A stretch of DNA of 54,936 nucleotides from Candidatus Thorarchaeota archaeon (GTDB taxonomy: Archaea > Asgardarchaeota > Heimdallarchaeia > Heimdallarchaeales > Heimdallarchaeaceae): NCBI GenBank assembly GCA_048883065.1, contig JBHLQZ010000001.1:1-54936 (forward strand), in the 5' to 3' direction. Position numbers and translations under genes: made by a program. Below the pieces are notes generated by a model. It saw nothing but the letters and a program-made list of their open reading frames with translations, ran no database searches and had not been told where the DNA came from. Positions 35,826-44,841 of this stretch are shown in pieces (position 1 is the first letter of the stretch; each line of letters opens with the position of its first letter).

Positions 35826-36469
35826 TCCTGTTCTTGTGTAAGCATTAATGAAAGTTCTCTTTTCAGACTAACTGAGAGTCTTTCAATTCTCTTCTCATAA
35901 GTGTTATTAACACTGATTTTTCCATCAGGTGTTTCAAGTTTTATTCCTCCCAAACAATCTATTGGTTTTTTAGATAATAGATATTTTGTTTCTATATTAT
36001 TTTCATTTTTCAATCTATTCGAAACATTATCTAGAAATTGCTTAGTTAATATTTTTTTGTCTTGATTACGGTGATGAACAATTATTTCTGGTTGTTTTAA
36101 AGTCACTCCTCCTTCAAAAAGTAGTTTTTCCAAACTTTTTTCATATTCTTTTGTTTCAGTAAGCGATTTAATTTTTTCAACAGCTTTTTCAAAGAAATTA
36201 TCAACTAATTCATCTCTAAATTTAGTTATCTTTAGTCTAAGTTCAAGTTCCTGTTTTGCTTTCTCTTTTGAAAATTCTGCTTCAGCATTTTTTTTCGCAT
36301 CTTCTAAAATGCCTTCTGTAATATTTTTAAGCTTCTCTTCAGCTTCTGCATTGATTTCATCAATAGCTCTTTTTTGTTCTTCTAGAATTTTCTTAAGTAA
36401 TTTTTCTGTATTTTCTTCTATCTTTTTTGTGATTTCAGGATTGAATTCTTTATCGTTCATTGGAAACAT
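35822..36469 (-). CDS. A/V-type ATPase subunit E-like protein, encoded away from any ATPase operon
   Basis: Long charged N-terminal helix (KKILEEQKRAIDEINAEAEEKLKNI...AKQELELRLKITKFRDELVDNFFEKAVEKI) and a C-terminal globular block CLGGIKLETPDGKISVNNTYEKRIERL, as in the V_ATPase_E family. Confidence 0.6.
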   Translation of the reverse strand: MFPMNDKEFNPEITKKIEENTEKLLKKILEEQKRAIDEINAEAEEKLKNITEGILEDAKKNAEAEFSKEKAKQELELRLKITKFRDELVDNFFEKAVEKIKSLTETKEYEKSLEKLLFEGGVTLKQPEIIVHHRNQDKKILTKQFLDNVSNRLKNENNIETKYLLSKKPIDCLGGIKLETPDGKISVNNTYEKRIERLSVSLKRELSLMLTQEQE

Positions 36470-36555
36470 CTCTGAAACTTAAGAGAATTTGTTTAGGATT
36501 TAATAAGTTGGCTTATAAAAATTATGGTTATGAATTTAGATGTAGTTCTGTAAAT

Positions 36556-37590
36556 CTATTCAAATAATGTTTCGTCTTCAGCATATCTATAAGCTAGTAT
36601 AAAGAGAACAAAAAACACACAAGCTGACAATGCTACGACAGCAGTAATAGCAGCTTCTGGTTTTGCAACGTATCTTACAATGAAATTGACTGCAATGAAG
36701 ACTAACACCATAATCCTCCCTCCTCCTCCAATGTCCTTTGAGAGTTTCTTTCTCCATCTAATTAATGTCTCAATCCCACTTAGAACAACTGCAATGATGT
36801 TAATTATGAACATAGCAGTCCCAGCTGAACTCCATTTATCTACAGTAGCAAAAAGTGCTAGAATACCTCCAAATAAAATAACTTTAATTAGCAACCCCAC
36901 TCTATCTGTAACTTCCTTGGTGTAGGAAACTTGTGATGCTCCTTCTCGAAGAAGGATAAAAAAATTACCTATTGCAATAGCACAAGCTAAACACAAAACT
37001 ACTCCATAAAAAATAGGTGCTAGGTTTGTCCAAGTTGTCCATATTGGTCCAATTACTGCAGTAGATTCACTATAAAATGCAATAGTTACCATCAAAGGAA
37101 TTGCTGCTAGAAATAAACCTGGAATAACTATAAGGAGGGGGGGTACATTTTTCTTGACGCCAAAAGCATAAAGAAGAAGTTTAACTGCGAAGAACGCCCC
37201 AAATACTGCAACAATAGGTGACCCAAAAGGCAATATAAAGAAAAACAAACAAAATATTGCATTCACGAAATAGAAAATCTTAGTATCAATTCTTACTTTT
37301 CCCATAGCTCTCCACATTAACTCATAAGAATTTGCAATTTTCGTGGCTCTTACTAATGATGCAAGTGTAAAAGGCAAAGCAAAAATCAGAGGTGCTACAA
37401 TCTTTAGAATAACCATATCTCCTGTTACCCCAAATGGACTAATCGATGTTTCCTCCCTCCAGAAGAAGAAACCAGCAAGACTATCTGGATAAGGTCCTAA
37501 CCATGCCCATAGGTAGAAATACGCTGGAAAAATAAACACTTGTAAGAGTACTATAAATCTGTTGATCATTAATCCTCTTAGTTCCACCAA
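36556..37590 (-). CDS. Polytopic integral membrane protein (about 10 TM), function unknown
   Basis: Hydrophobicity pattern only. Confidence 0.55.
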   Translation of the reverse strand: MVELRGLMINRFIVLLQVFIFPAYFYLWAWLGPYPDSLAGFFFWREETSISPFGVTGDMVILKIVAPLIFALPFTLASLVRATKIANSYELMWRAMGKVRIDTKIFYFVNAIFCLFFFILPFGSPIVAVFGAFFAVKLLLYAFGVKKNVPPLLIVIPGLFLAAIPLMVTIAFYSESTAVIGPIWTTWTNLAPIFYGVVLCLACAIAIGNFFILLREGASQVSYTKEVTDRVGLLIKVILFGGILALFATVDKWSSAGTAMFIINIIAVVLSGIETLIRWRKKLSKDIGGGGRIMVLVFIAVNFIVRYVAKPEAAITAVVALSACVFFVLFILAYRYAEDETLFE

Positions 37591-37700
37591 TAGTTACACC
37601 TAGCTCGAAATATGGTAATCGTATTAAAAAAACCTTTTCTTTTTCATTTCACTTAAACTAAAGTTTATTAAACTAAAACTCTCTATTTTTCTTGAGGGTT

Positions 37701-38945
37701 ATGACAGAAGGTCATATTTCAATAGATGAATTACTTAAAAAACACAATCTTCAACCTCATGATTTGGAATATATTCTTAATTTCATGAAAAAAGAAGATA
37801 TTTCTCCACAATTAGCAATGAGAAGAATAAAGCTTTTTGAAAAGCTGCAAGAAAAAATGGAACAAGCTCAATCTGATGATAAAGTTCAAGAGTTAACTTC
37901 CGAATTAGATCATCTTTCTAAGGTTGTAGAGGATTTACAAAAAGAAAAAAATGAACTTGATAAAGAAATTGAAGAGACAAGATTGGAACAAGATTTGTTT
38001 AATGCAGAGCGAGAAGAACTTAAAATGCAAATGCATGCTCTTATGGATTCTATAGAAACAATAGAAACTGAAGCTGAAAAAGGAGAAGAGCAATTAGAAG
38101 TTGAAAATAAAGAGCTAAAGAGAAAAGTTAGTGTAATGACTGCAGGATGTCAAACCCTTAAGGATAATATCTTAAAACTTGGTTCAGAAAATCCTTCTTT
38201 GCGATCATTAGTTCATAATCTTGAAAGAAGTTTAAACTCAATAATTGATGTAAAGCAGTTTCCAACAGACGTTGTTTTCACTGCACCTAAAGAATTAGCT
38301 GCATCGATAACAACTCCTGAATCCACACCTCCACCTGCAAAAACGGAAGAACCAGCAACTGCAACAATCTCTCCAGATCAAATACAATTTGTAACACCAT
38401 CAAAAGTACCAGAATCTACTCCATCAGTTGGATCAAGACCAATTGAATCCAAACCAGTAACTTCTAAACGTGAATCTATACCTCCTCCAGAATCAACTAA
38501 AGTAGAAGAGAAACCTGCTGTTTCTTCCCGTCCCGTAATTAAAGAAAAAATCTTTGAGGAACCACCAGAAGTAGAAGAACCAGCAACAGAACCTGCACCT
38601 CAACCTGCACCTGAACCAGTGCCAGTATCAGAACCCAAAACACCTATAGAACATAAACCTAAACCTAAGCCTAAACCTAAACCTAAACCTGAGGTTGATG
38701 GTAAGCAAGTTTCAGCAAAGATTGAGAAGATTCTTAAATTATTCATTTCTTATGCACAACAAGCAGACACAGATGAAAACTGGAAAGCTAGAATTGCTGC
38801 AATTTGTGATATGGATGAGGCATACATTGAATTGGGTGGATTAGCAATGTCCCAAATTTATGCTTATCAAACACAATCATTAAAGAAAAAGAAAGAATTT
38901 GAGAGATTAATAAGATCCTGGATAGAAAACGGATTACCAAGATAG
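37701..38945 (+). CDS. Coiled-coil plus proline-rich low-complexity protein with a small C-terminal globular domain
   Basis: Heptad-rich region at aa 50-190, a P/E/T/S-rich region including (KP)6, and an ordered C-terminus of about 85 aa. I prefer the ATG at 37701 over the TTG at 37692 used by the ORF track. Confidence 0.6.
   Translation: MTEGHISIDELLKKHNLQPHDLEYILNFMKKEDISPQLAMRRIKLFEKLQEKMEQAQSDDKVQELTSELDHLSKVVEDLQKEKNELDKEIEETRLEQDLFNAEREELKMQMHALMDSIETIETEAEKGEEQLEVENKELKRKVSVMTAGCQTLKDNILKLGSENPSLRSLVHNLERSLNSIIDVKQFPTDVVFTAPKELAASITTPESTPPPAKTEEPATATISPDQIQFVTPSKVPESTPSVGSRPIESKPVTSKRESIPPPESTKVEEKPAVSSRPVIKEKIFEEPPEVEEPATEPAPQPAPEPVPVSEPKTPIEHKPKPKPKPKPKPEVDGKQVSAKIEKILKLFISYAQQADTDENWKARIAAICDMDEAYIELGGLAMSQIYAYQTQSLKKKKEFERLIRSWIENGLPR
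38655..38690 (+). repeat. Hexanucleotide tandem repeat (AARCCT)6 encoding KPKPKPKPKPKP
   Basis: aaacct aaacct aagcct aaacct aaacct aaacct, read directly. Confidence 0.95.
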
Positions 38946-39033
38946 TTTTTATTTTATTTCATAATTTCGTTTTTCACATAGATATATGATTTAACAGAAA
39001 GAATAAAAAGCGAAGAGATGAAAGAAACCACAA

Positions 39034-39126
39034 GGGCCAGTAGTCTAGTATGGATAAGGCATCGCCCTTCGGTAGTTTACTGGAGAAAGGCGAAGGTCGT
39101 AGGTTCAAATCCTACCTGGTCCGCCA
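39034..39126 (+). tRNA. tRNA-Arg (anticodon UCG) with a 15-nt intron at the canonical 37/38 position (39073-39087); CCA encoded
   Basis: Acceptor GGGCCAG/CTGGTCC. D-arm GTCT-AGTATGGATA-AGGC. Anticodon stem TCGCC/GGCGA. T-arm GTAGG-TTCAAAT-CCTAC. The loop plus intron folds as bulge(3)-helix(4 bp CUUC/GGAG)-bulge(3), with both splice sites inside the bulges. Confidence 0.8.
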
Positions 39127-39182
39127 AACTAATTCCCAGAGCAGATATAGAAAATTCTCAAAACAATAATAGTGTGTGCAAT

Positions 39183-39923
39183 ATGAGAAACAAAAAAACC
39201 TTAATGCTAACCATCTTAATTATACTCTACTCCTTTCTTACTTTACTTGCTTCAAATGGTTTCTCACACAAGCTGAATTTAAATGTTGAAGATTGGTTAA
39301 AATATAGGATTCTAGCTTCTAGCGATACTGAAAATATGTTTGTTGGAAACTGGCCCCCAAGCTACTATTATGGAAATTGGTCAGTCATACCCGAAGATTG
39401 GATTATGTTTAATGTATCTTCCGTTATCTCTTCCGAAATCAATGGCACATTATTTCTTGGAAACACAATAAATAACACTATATTTTACAATGTAAGAAAT
39501 ATAGATGTTGCATTTGCTTTAAGTTTGAGTATATACCCTTGGAATGGAGGTTTTTTTGCTAATGAATCGGATTGGGACAATATTGAATTACAAGTCCAAG
39601 AGACAAACACAACTATAAACAATCTATCTAATTTTGAACATACACTTAATGGAACAACACATTCGTACGAAGTTAAGATTTTCAATACAAAAGATTACTA
39701 TGGTCAAAATTCCTCATTCTATTATCATTCAGATACCGGAATACTTCTCAAAGCCTATACTTCTTATGGCTTATATGAATTGAACATAACTTTGGTTTCT
39801 ACTAGCATAGAAATTAATCCCACAATGCAGACAACTGGATATGGCTTTAATTTAGCTATTGTGTCTATTGCTCTCATCCCTGTAATTCTTCTATTTAGAA
39901 GGAAATACTTCGATCGTAAATAG
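39183..39923 (+). CDS. Secreted, C-terminally anchored glycoprotein-like surface protein
   Basis: Start moved to the ATG at 39183 (MRNKKTLMLTILIILYSFLTLLASNG) because the upstream part of track ORF 39018-39923 is the tRNA-Arg gene. About 10 NxS/T sequons. C-terminal TM plus the basic tail RRKYFDRK. Confidence 0.55.
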   Translation: MRNKKTLMLTILIILYSFLTLLASNGFSHKLNLNVEDWLKYRILASSDTENMFVGNWPPSYYYGNWSVIPEDWIMFNVSSVISSEINGTLFLGNTINNTIFYNVRNIDVAFALSLSIYPWNGGFFANESDWDNIELQVQETNTTINNLSNFEHTLNGTTHSYEVKIFNTKDYYGQNSSFYYHSDTGILLKAYTSYGLYELNITLVSTSIEINPTMQTTGYGFNLAIVSIALIPVILLFRRKYFDRK

Positions 39924-40016
39924 TGATATTTACATCATTAATTTCCAATTACAATTAACGAAAAGGTTTTCATTTACTAGCCACAACAGATATTAAATAA
40001 TAACCAATATTAAGAA

Positions 40017-40850
40017 ATGAGTAGTATGAGTGAGAACACACAGAAATGCCCTAGTTGTACTGAATCTGTACCATTGGAATACTCAGTATGTCCATTCTGT
40101 GGTTTTGGGTTACTAGAATATGAATTAAAGAAGTTCGCTTTTAGACCATCACTGAAAGAAGTTTTTATTAGGTTATATCTCTTCTTTAGAAAACCATTCA
40201 AAACTAGTGAAGAACTAGGGGTAGCTACTGAAACAAAGGGAGCAAATATTATATTGCTACTCTTTTCTCTATTTCTGTCACTCCGTTTTTATTTTGTAAT
40301 GGTTAAAGCTGGTATCACTTTTTCTTCTCTAATAATAGGTAATCCCGATCCAGAAGCTTGGAGTATGGAGGTTTCTTTGAATCTAATTTTCTTCTTTGTA
40401 AGTTTGTTATTAATGCCGTTCGTAATATGGATTATGTACAAACTATTGTTCTCAATAGGAACTTGGATAATGGCTAAGTTTGCAGCTATGTTGGGGTCAG
40501 AAGCAACAACAAAACAATATCGTACCATTATAGGTTATTCAATTGCTCCTATAGTTGTAGGTGAGTTTTTGGGAATGTTTTTTACTCTAATGGGGACACC
40601 TGGAGATATTGGTGCTCCTGGAGCAGTTGGTTTTGATACTTTCAGACTCTTTGTTGAAGACCTGTATAATTCTACACCAATGTTAATATTCAAGATTTTA
40701 ATGATTATACTTTGGGTAGTTGTAATAATATACTCCTCAATTGCCTTAAGAGTAGTTGGAAAAATGGCTTGGGTTAATGCATTTGCATCTATAACTATAC
40801 CTGTTGCATTGTTTGTTTACTTCTTCTACTTCATAGGTTTATTTGGATAG
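40017..40850 (+). CDS. N-terminal zinc-ribbon fused to a Yip1-like 5-TM membrane domain
   Basis: CPSCTESVPLEYSVCPFCG, followed by five hydrophobic helices in a YIP1/DUF1282-like arrangement. Confidence 0.5.
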   Translation: MSSMSENTQKCPSCTESVPLEYSVCPFCGFGLLEYELKKFAFRPSLKEVFIRLYLFFRKPFKTSEELGVATETKGANIILLLFSLFLSLRFYFVMVKAGITFSSLIIGNPDPEAWSMEVSLNLIFFFVSLLLMPFVIWIMYKLLFSIGTWIMAKFAAMLGSEATTKQYRTIIGYSIAPIVVGEFLGMFFTLMGTPGDIGAPGAVGFDTFRLFVEDLYNSTPMLIFKILMIILWVVVIIYSSIALRVVGKMAWVNAFASITIPVALFVYFFYFIGLFG

Positions 40851-40923
40851 TAAAATTCCTTTTATTAACATTCGATATCTTTAGTAAGTAGATATACTAA
40901 CAGATTTCTGAGGATTATACATA

Positions 40924-41916
40924 ATGAAATATGCTGAAAAAACACTCAAGGATGTTGGAGAAAGAGAATTCTTATCTCTAATATCTAACTTAGTTGATAC
41001 ATCAATTTTGGATTTTAACGATGACGCTTCTGCTGTCGTTCTACCTTCTGAGAAACTTCTCGTTATTAATTCAGATATGTTGGTTCAACAAACAGATGTT
41101 CTTCCTGGTATGTCGTTCAAAGAAATAGGAATGAAAGTTATTACTATGTCAGTTAGCGATCTTATTGCTAAAGGAGCAAAGCCCTTAGGATGTTTACTAA
41201 GTGTGGGATTTCCTTCAAATCTTCTAATTTTAGATGCTAAAACAATAATTGAAGGAGCGAAAGAACAATGCATTGCTTATGAATGTAAATTACTTGGGGG
41301 AGACACTAATGAATCATCTGAAATTATTATTGATGCAATATCTTTTGGTATATGTGATAAGAGTGAAATCATTTCTAGGAAAGGAGTGCAAGAAGGAGAT
41401 TTAATATATACTACAGGATTATTTGGACTGACTTCAATAGGCTTCAAGATTTTACTTGAAGAGTTAAAAGTTGAGGATTCTTTGAGGGAGAAAGCCTTAA
41501 CCTCCGTCTATAAACCGGTTGCTAGAACAGATCTTCTCAAACTATTCAAAAAAACGAATATAAAAATCTGTATGGATTCATCTGATGGTTTATCTTATAC
41601 CTTATCTGATTTGTCTTCTATCAATGATATCGGTATAAGTATTTCAGCGGTTCCAATCCATCCTCTTGTTTTGGAATGTGCAGAAGATAACAATTTGAAT
41701 CCCTTAGAACTTGTTTTTAATGGTGGTGAAGAGTTTGAATTAGTTTTTGCAGTTGCACCTACTGATAAAGTTTCATTAGAAAAAATGACGAAAAAACTTG
41801 GTCTAACTGTCTATCAAATTGGCGAATTTTCAACTAAGAATGAAAGAATAAAAATCAGTGACAACAAGTTTAGTGAATTTCCATTATCAATAAGAGGTTT
41901 CCAACACTTTGTGTAA
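40924..41916 (+). CDS. thiL: Thiamine-monophosphate kinase (AIR-synthase-related fold)
   Basis: FNDDASAVVL, SVSDLIAKGAKP, LLGGDTN and the CMDSSDGL blocks. 330 aa. Confidence 0.8.
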   Translation: MKYAEKTLKDVGEREFLSLISNLVDTSILDFNDDASAVVLPSEKLLVINSDMLVQQTDVLPGMSFKEIGMKVITMSVSDLIAKGAKPLGCLLSVGFPSNLLILDAKTIIEGAKEQCIAYECKLLGGDTNESSEIIIDAISFGICDKSEIISRKGVQEGDLIYTTGLFGLTSIGFKILLEELKVEDSLREKALTSVYKPVARTDLLKLFKKTNIKICMDSSDGLSYTLSDLSSINDIGISISAVPIHPLVLECAEDNNLNPLELVFNGGEEFELVFAVAPTDKVSLEKMTKKLGLTVYQIGEFSTKNERIKISDNKFSEFPLSIRGFQHFV

Positions 41917-41968
41917 TATTCATTGAAAAATCCTTAATAAGAGGATATTGTTCTGTTCCTTGATTATT

Positions 41969-43222
41969 ATGGCAAAGATTACTAAAATTATTCCACGTGA
42001 AATAATAGATTCAAGAGGTAATCCTACAATTGAAGTAGATGTGTATTGTGATGATGGTTCTTTTGGCAGAGGTATGGTTCCTTCTGGTGCTAGTACTGGA
42101 GAACATGAAGCTTTAGAACTTCGTGATAAAGATGAAAGATTTCTCGGAAAAGGTGTATTAAAAGCTGTTGAAAACATAAAGCAATTTATAACTCCAAAGA
42201 TTATAGGTCATGAAGTAACAGATCAAGATTCTATTGACAAACTTATGTTTGAATTGGATGGCACAGAAAATAAATCCAAACTAGGAGCTAATGCTATGTT
42301 AGGTGTCTCACTTGCTGTTTGTAAAGCAGCTGCTAATAGCTTAAAACTTCCAGTTTATGCTTATCTTAATAGAGACGCAAACACTTTACCAGTTCCTATG
42401 TTTAATGTTATAAATGGTGGTAAACATGCAGGAGGGAATCTAAAAATTCAAGAATTTATGTTAATTCCGCATGGTTTTACAAAATATAGTGATGGTTTTA
42501 GAGCTTCTTGTGAAGTTTATCAAGTTCTTAGAAACAATCTTAAGAAGTTTGGACCATCAGCAATAAATTTGGGAGATGAAGGTGGATTTGGGAGTCCAGT
42601 GGATACAGCACCTGAAGCATTGCAAATGCTTGTAGATTCAATCAAAGATGCAGGTTATAAACCAGGTGTTGAGATATCTATAGGATTAGATTCCGCAGCT
42701 TCAGAATTCTATGAAAATGGTGCCTATGAAGTTGATGGTAAAAAATTATCTGGAGATGAATTAGTAGATTACTATGTTGGTTTAGTAGAGAAATACCCTA
42801 TTATCTCCCTTGAAGATCCCTTTGATGAAAATGATTTTGATTCTTTTGCACAACTTCTAGCTAAGTTACCCAATGCTTCAATAGTGGCTGATGATTTAAC
42901 TGTTACAAACCCAACTCGAATTCAGATGGCTATAGATAAAAAAGCGGCAAATTATTTATTGTTAAAAGTAAATCAAATTGGTACATTAACTGAAGCAATA
43001 CAAGCTGCTGAACTCGCAAGAAGCAATGGTTGGGGGATAAATATCTCTCACAGATCTGGAGAAACAGAAGATACATTCATTGCTGATTTGGCTGTAGCTT
43101 TAGGTGCTGAGAGAATAAAAACTGGTGCTCCAGCAAGAGGAGAACGTACTGCAAAATATAATCAACTTCTACGAATTGAAGAACAATTGGGAAGTAAAGC
43201 AAACTATCTTGGAACCAGATAA
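41969..43222 (+). CDS. eno: Enolase (phosphopyruvate hydratase)
   Basis: MAKITKIIPREIIDSRGNPTIEVDV, GASTGEHEALELRD, NVINGGKHAG, LLLKVNQIGT and SHRSGETED. I chose the ATG at 41969 rather than the TTG at 41948. Confidence 0.95.
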   Translation: MAKITKIIPREIIDSRGNPTIEVDVYCDDGSFGRGMVPSGASTGEHEALELRDKDERFLGKGVLKAVENIKQFITPKIIGHEVTDQDSIDKLMFELDGTENKSKLGANAMLGVSLAVCKAAANSLKLPVYAYLNRDANTLPVPMFNVINGGKHAGGNLKIQEFMLIPHGFTKYSDGFRASCEVYQVLRNNLKKFGPSAINLGDEGGFGSPVDTAPEALQMLVDSIKDAGYKPGVEISIGLDSAASEFYENGAYEVDGKKLSGDELVDYYVGLVEKYPIISLEDPFDENDFDSFAQLLAKLPNASIVADDLTVTNPTRIQMAIDKKAANYLLLKVNQIGTLTEAIQAAELARSNGWGINISHRSGETEDTFIADLAVALGAERIKTGAPARGERTAKYNQLLRIEEQLGSKANYLGTR

Positions 43223-43237
43223 TTGGTTTCCATCTTA

Positions 43238-43251
43238 TTTTTTCTTTTTTT
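43238..43251 (+). terminator. Oligo-T tracts (T6, T7) after enolase
   Basis: aTTTTTTcTTTTTTTa lies 16 nt after the stop. Confidence 0.35.
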
Positions 43252-43296
43252 AGGCAACCTTTTTGAATATTATTTATTTTCTGAAAATGAAAATAA

Positions 43297-44814
43297 ATGA
43301 AAAACGATTATGAAAAATTATTGGAAAGATATCAAGAAATACGATTATTAGGTTCGATAAATGGAGTTCTTTATTGGGATATGAATACTTACATGCCCCC
43401 TGCAGCAGTAGAATATAGGGCAAAGCAGTTTCAATACATTAGTCAAAAAATTCATAGTTTAATAACTCATCCTGAAATAGGAACTTTGTTAGAAAAATGT
43501 GAAAAGGATTCTTCCCTTAATGATTTAGAGAGAAGAAATGTTGATTTGTTTAGAAGGATCTATGATGATAGGACAATACTTCCATCAGAGTTAGTAGGAA
43601 AACTTGCAGCTCAATCAAACAAAACCTTAGAAATATGGAAAAAAGCTAAAGCAAAGTCTGATTTTCAAATGGTTTTTCCTGATTTAGAGAAATTATTTAC
43701 TCTTAACATGGAATCTTCCTCTCTCCTAGCTAAATCAAAGAATATGAGTGATTCATTCGATGCATTGATAGATAGTAGAGACAAAGGTTTTGGTGTTAAG
43801 AATCTCACCAAACTTTTTGATGAAATGAAATCTTTCTTAGTTCCTTTTATTAAGAAATGTGAAGAATCTGAAGTTAAACCAGATAGATCAATTCTAAGTA
43901 GAAATGTACCTCGTTCATTTCAAGTTCAAATGATAGAAAATCTAGCAAAATTTCTTGAATATGATTTCTTCTCAGAGAACGCTGTAGGCAACATTGCTGA
44001 AGTGGAACATCCTCTAACAATTGGTGGTGGTTTTAAAGACGTAAGAGTCACAGTTAAGTATCATAAGGATAATGTATTAGCAGCTTTTCTTGCTGGCGCT
44101 CATGAGTGTGGTCATGCAATTCATGCCTTACAAGGAAAAGAGGAATGGTTTAATCAACCTATCTATAGTATGTCATCACCAAGTTTTGGTGAATCACAAT
44201 CAAGATTTTTAGAGAATATCGTAGCGAGTTCAAAAGAATTCTGGACATATTACTATCCACAATTTAATAAAGATACAAATGGTGTTTTTAATGATATTTC
44301 TCTCAATGATTTCTATTTCACTTTAAATTCCGTTAGTCCTGGTTTTATTAGAATTCAAGCTGATGAAGTTACCTACATCATGCATATCATAATTCGTTTT
44401 GAAATAGAAAGAGATTGGTTCGCTGGAAAAATAGAGACTAAGGATTTGCCACAAGTATGGAATGAGAAATACAAAGAATATCTAGGTGTAGATGTTCCAA
44501 ATGATACATTAGGAGTAATGCAAGATTTACACTGGTATTCACAATATTATGGTTACTTCTTCGGTTATGGTATAGGTGATTTGATTTCTTCACAGCTAAC
44601 TGAAAAACTGTCTAAAGATTCACCTGATTGGCGAAATTCTTTACAGAATGGCAAATTCACTCCAATTCGTCAATGGCTTGCAAAAAAGGTTCACGCTAAA
44701 GGTGGAACATTAGATTGCCTTGAGATGGTCAAAGATATAACCGGTGAAGAGCTCACAACAAAATACCACATAAACTATCTAAAAGAGAAATTTTCATCTC
44801 TTTATGCTATCTGA
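43297..44814 (+). CDS. Carboxypeptidase Taq-type metallopeptidase (M32)
   Basis: HExxH as AHECGHAIH, plus GESQSRFLEN, IRIQADEVTY, GVMQDLHW and GYGIGD, the characteristic M32 blocks. Confidence 0.9.
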   Translation: MKNDYEKLLERYQEIRLLGSINGVLYWDMNTYMPPAAVEYRAKQFQYISQKIHSLITHPEIGTLLEKCEKDSSLNDLERRNVDLFRRIYDDRTILPSELVGKLAAQSNKTLEIWKKAKAKSDFQMVFPDLEKLFTLNMESSSLLAKSKNMSDSFDALIDSRDKGFGVKNLTKLFDEMKSFLVPFIKKCEESEVKPDRSILSRNVPRSFQVQMIENLAKFLEYDFFSENAVGNIAEVEHPLTIGGGFKDVRVTVKYHKDNVLAAFLAGAHECGHAIHALQGKEEWFNQPIYSMSSPSFGESQSRFLENIVASSKEFWTYYYPQFNKDTNGVFNDISLNDFYFTLNSVSPGFIRIQADEVTYIMHIIIRFEIERDWFAGKIETKDLPQVWNEKYKEYLGVDVPNDTLGVMQDLHWYSQYYGYFFGYGIGDLISSQLTEKLSKDSPDWRNSLQNGKFTPIRQWLAKKVHAKGGTLDCLEMVKDITGEELTTKYHINYLKEKFSSLYAI

Positions 44815-44841
44815 TTCATACAAAAAAAGAGTTAAAGAAGG

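Noticed and set aside
37692-37700. TTG start at 37692 for the coiled-coil protein.
   Set aside because: An in-frame ATG lies 3 codons downstream at 37701, and nothing distinguishes the TTG. The choice has a minor effect.
39018-39182. N-terminal 55 codons of track ORF 39018-39923.
   Set aside because: The region is a tRNA-Arg gene with a full cloverleaf. The protein most likely starts at the ATG at 39183, directly before a signal-peptide-like segment.
40851-40923. Possible TPP riboswitch upstream of thiL (contains CTGAGG).
   Set aside because: The region is only 73 nt. It lacks the full CUGAGA/ACCUGA pairing elements and the helices of the THI-box.
41948-41968. TTG-initiated 7-codon extension of enolase (MFCSLII).
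   Set aside because: The conserved enolase N-terminus (MAKITKI..REIIDSRGNPT) begins at the ATG at 41969.
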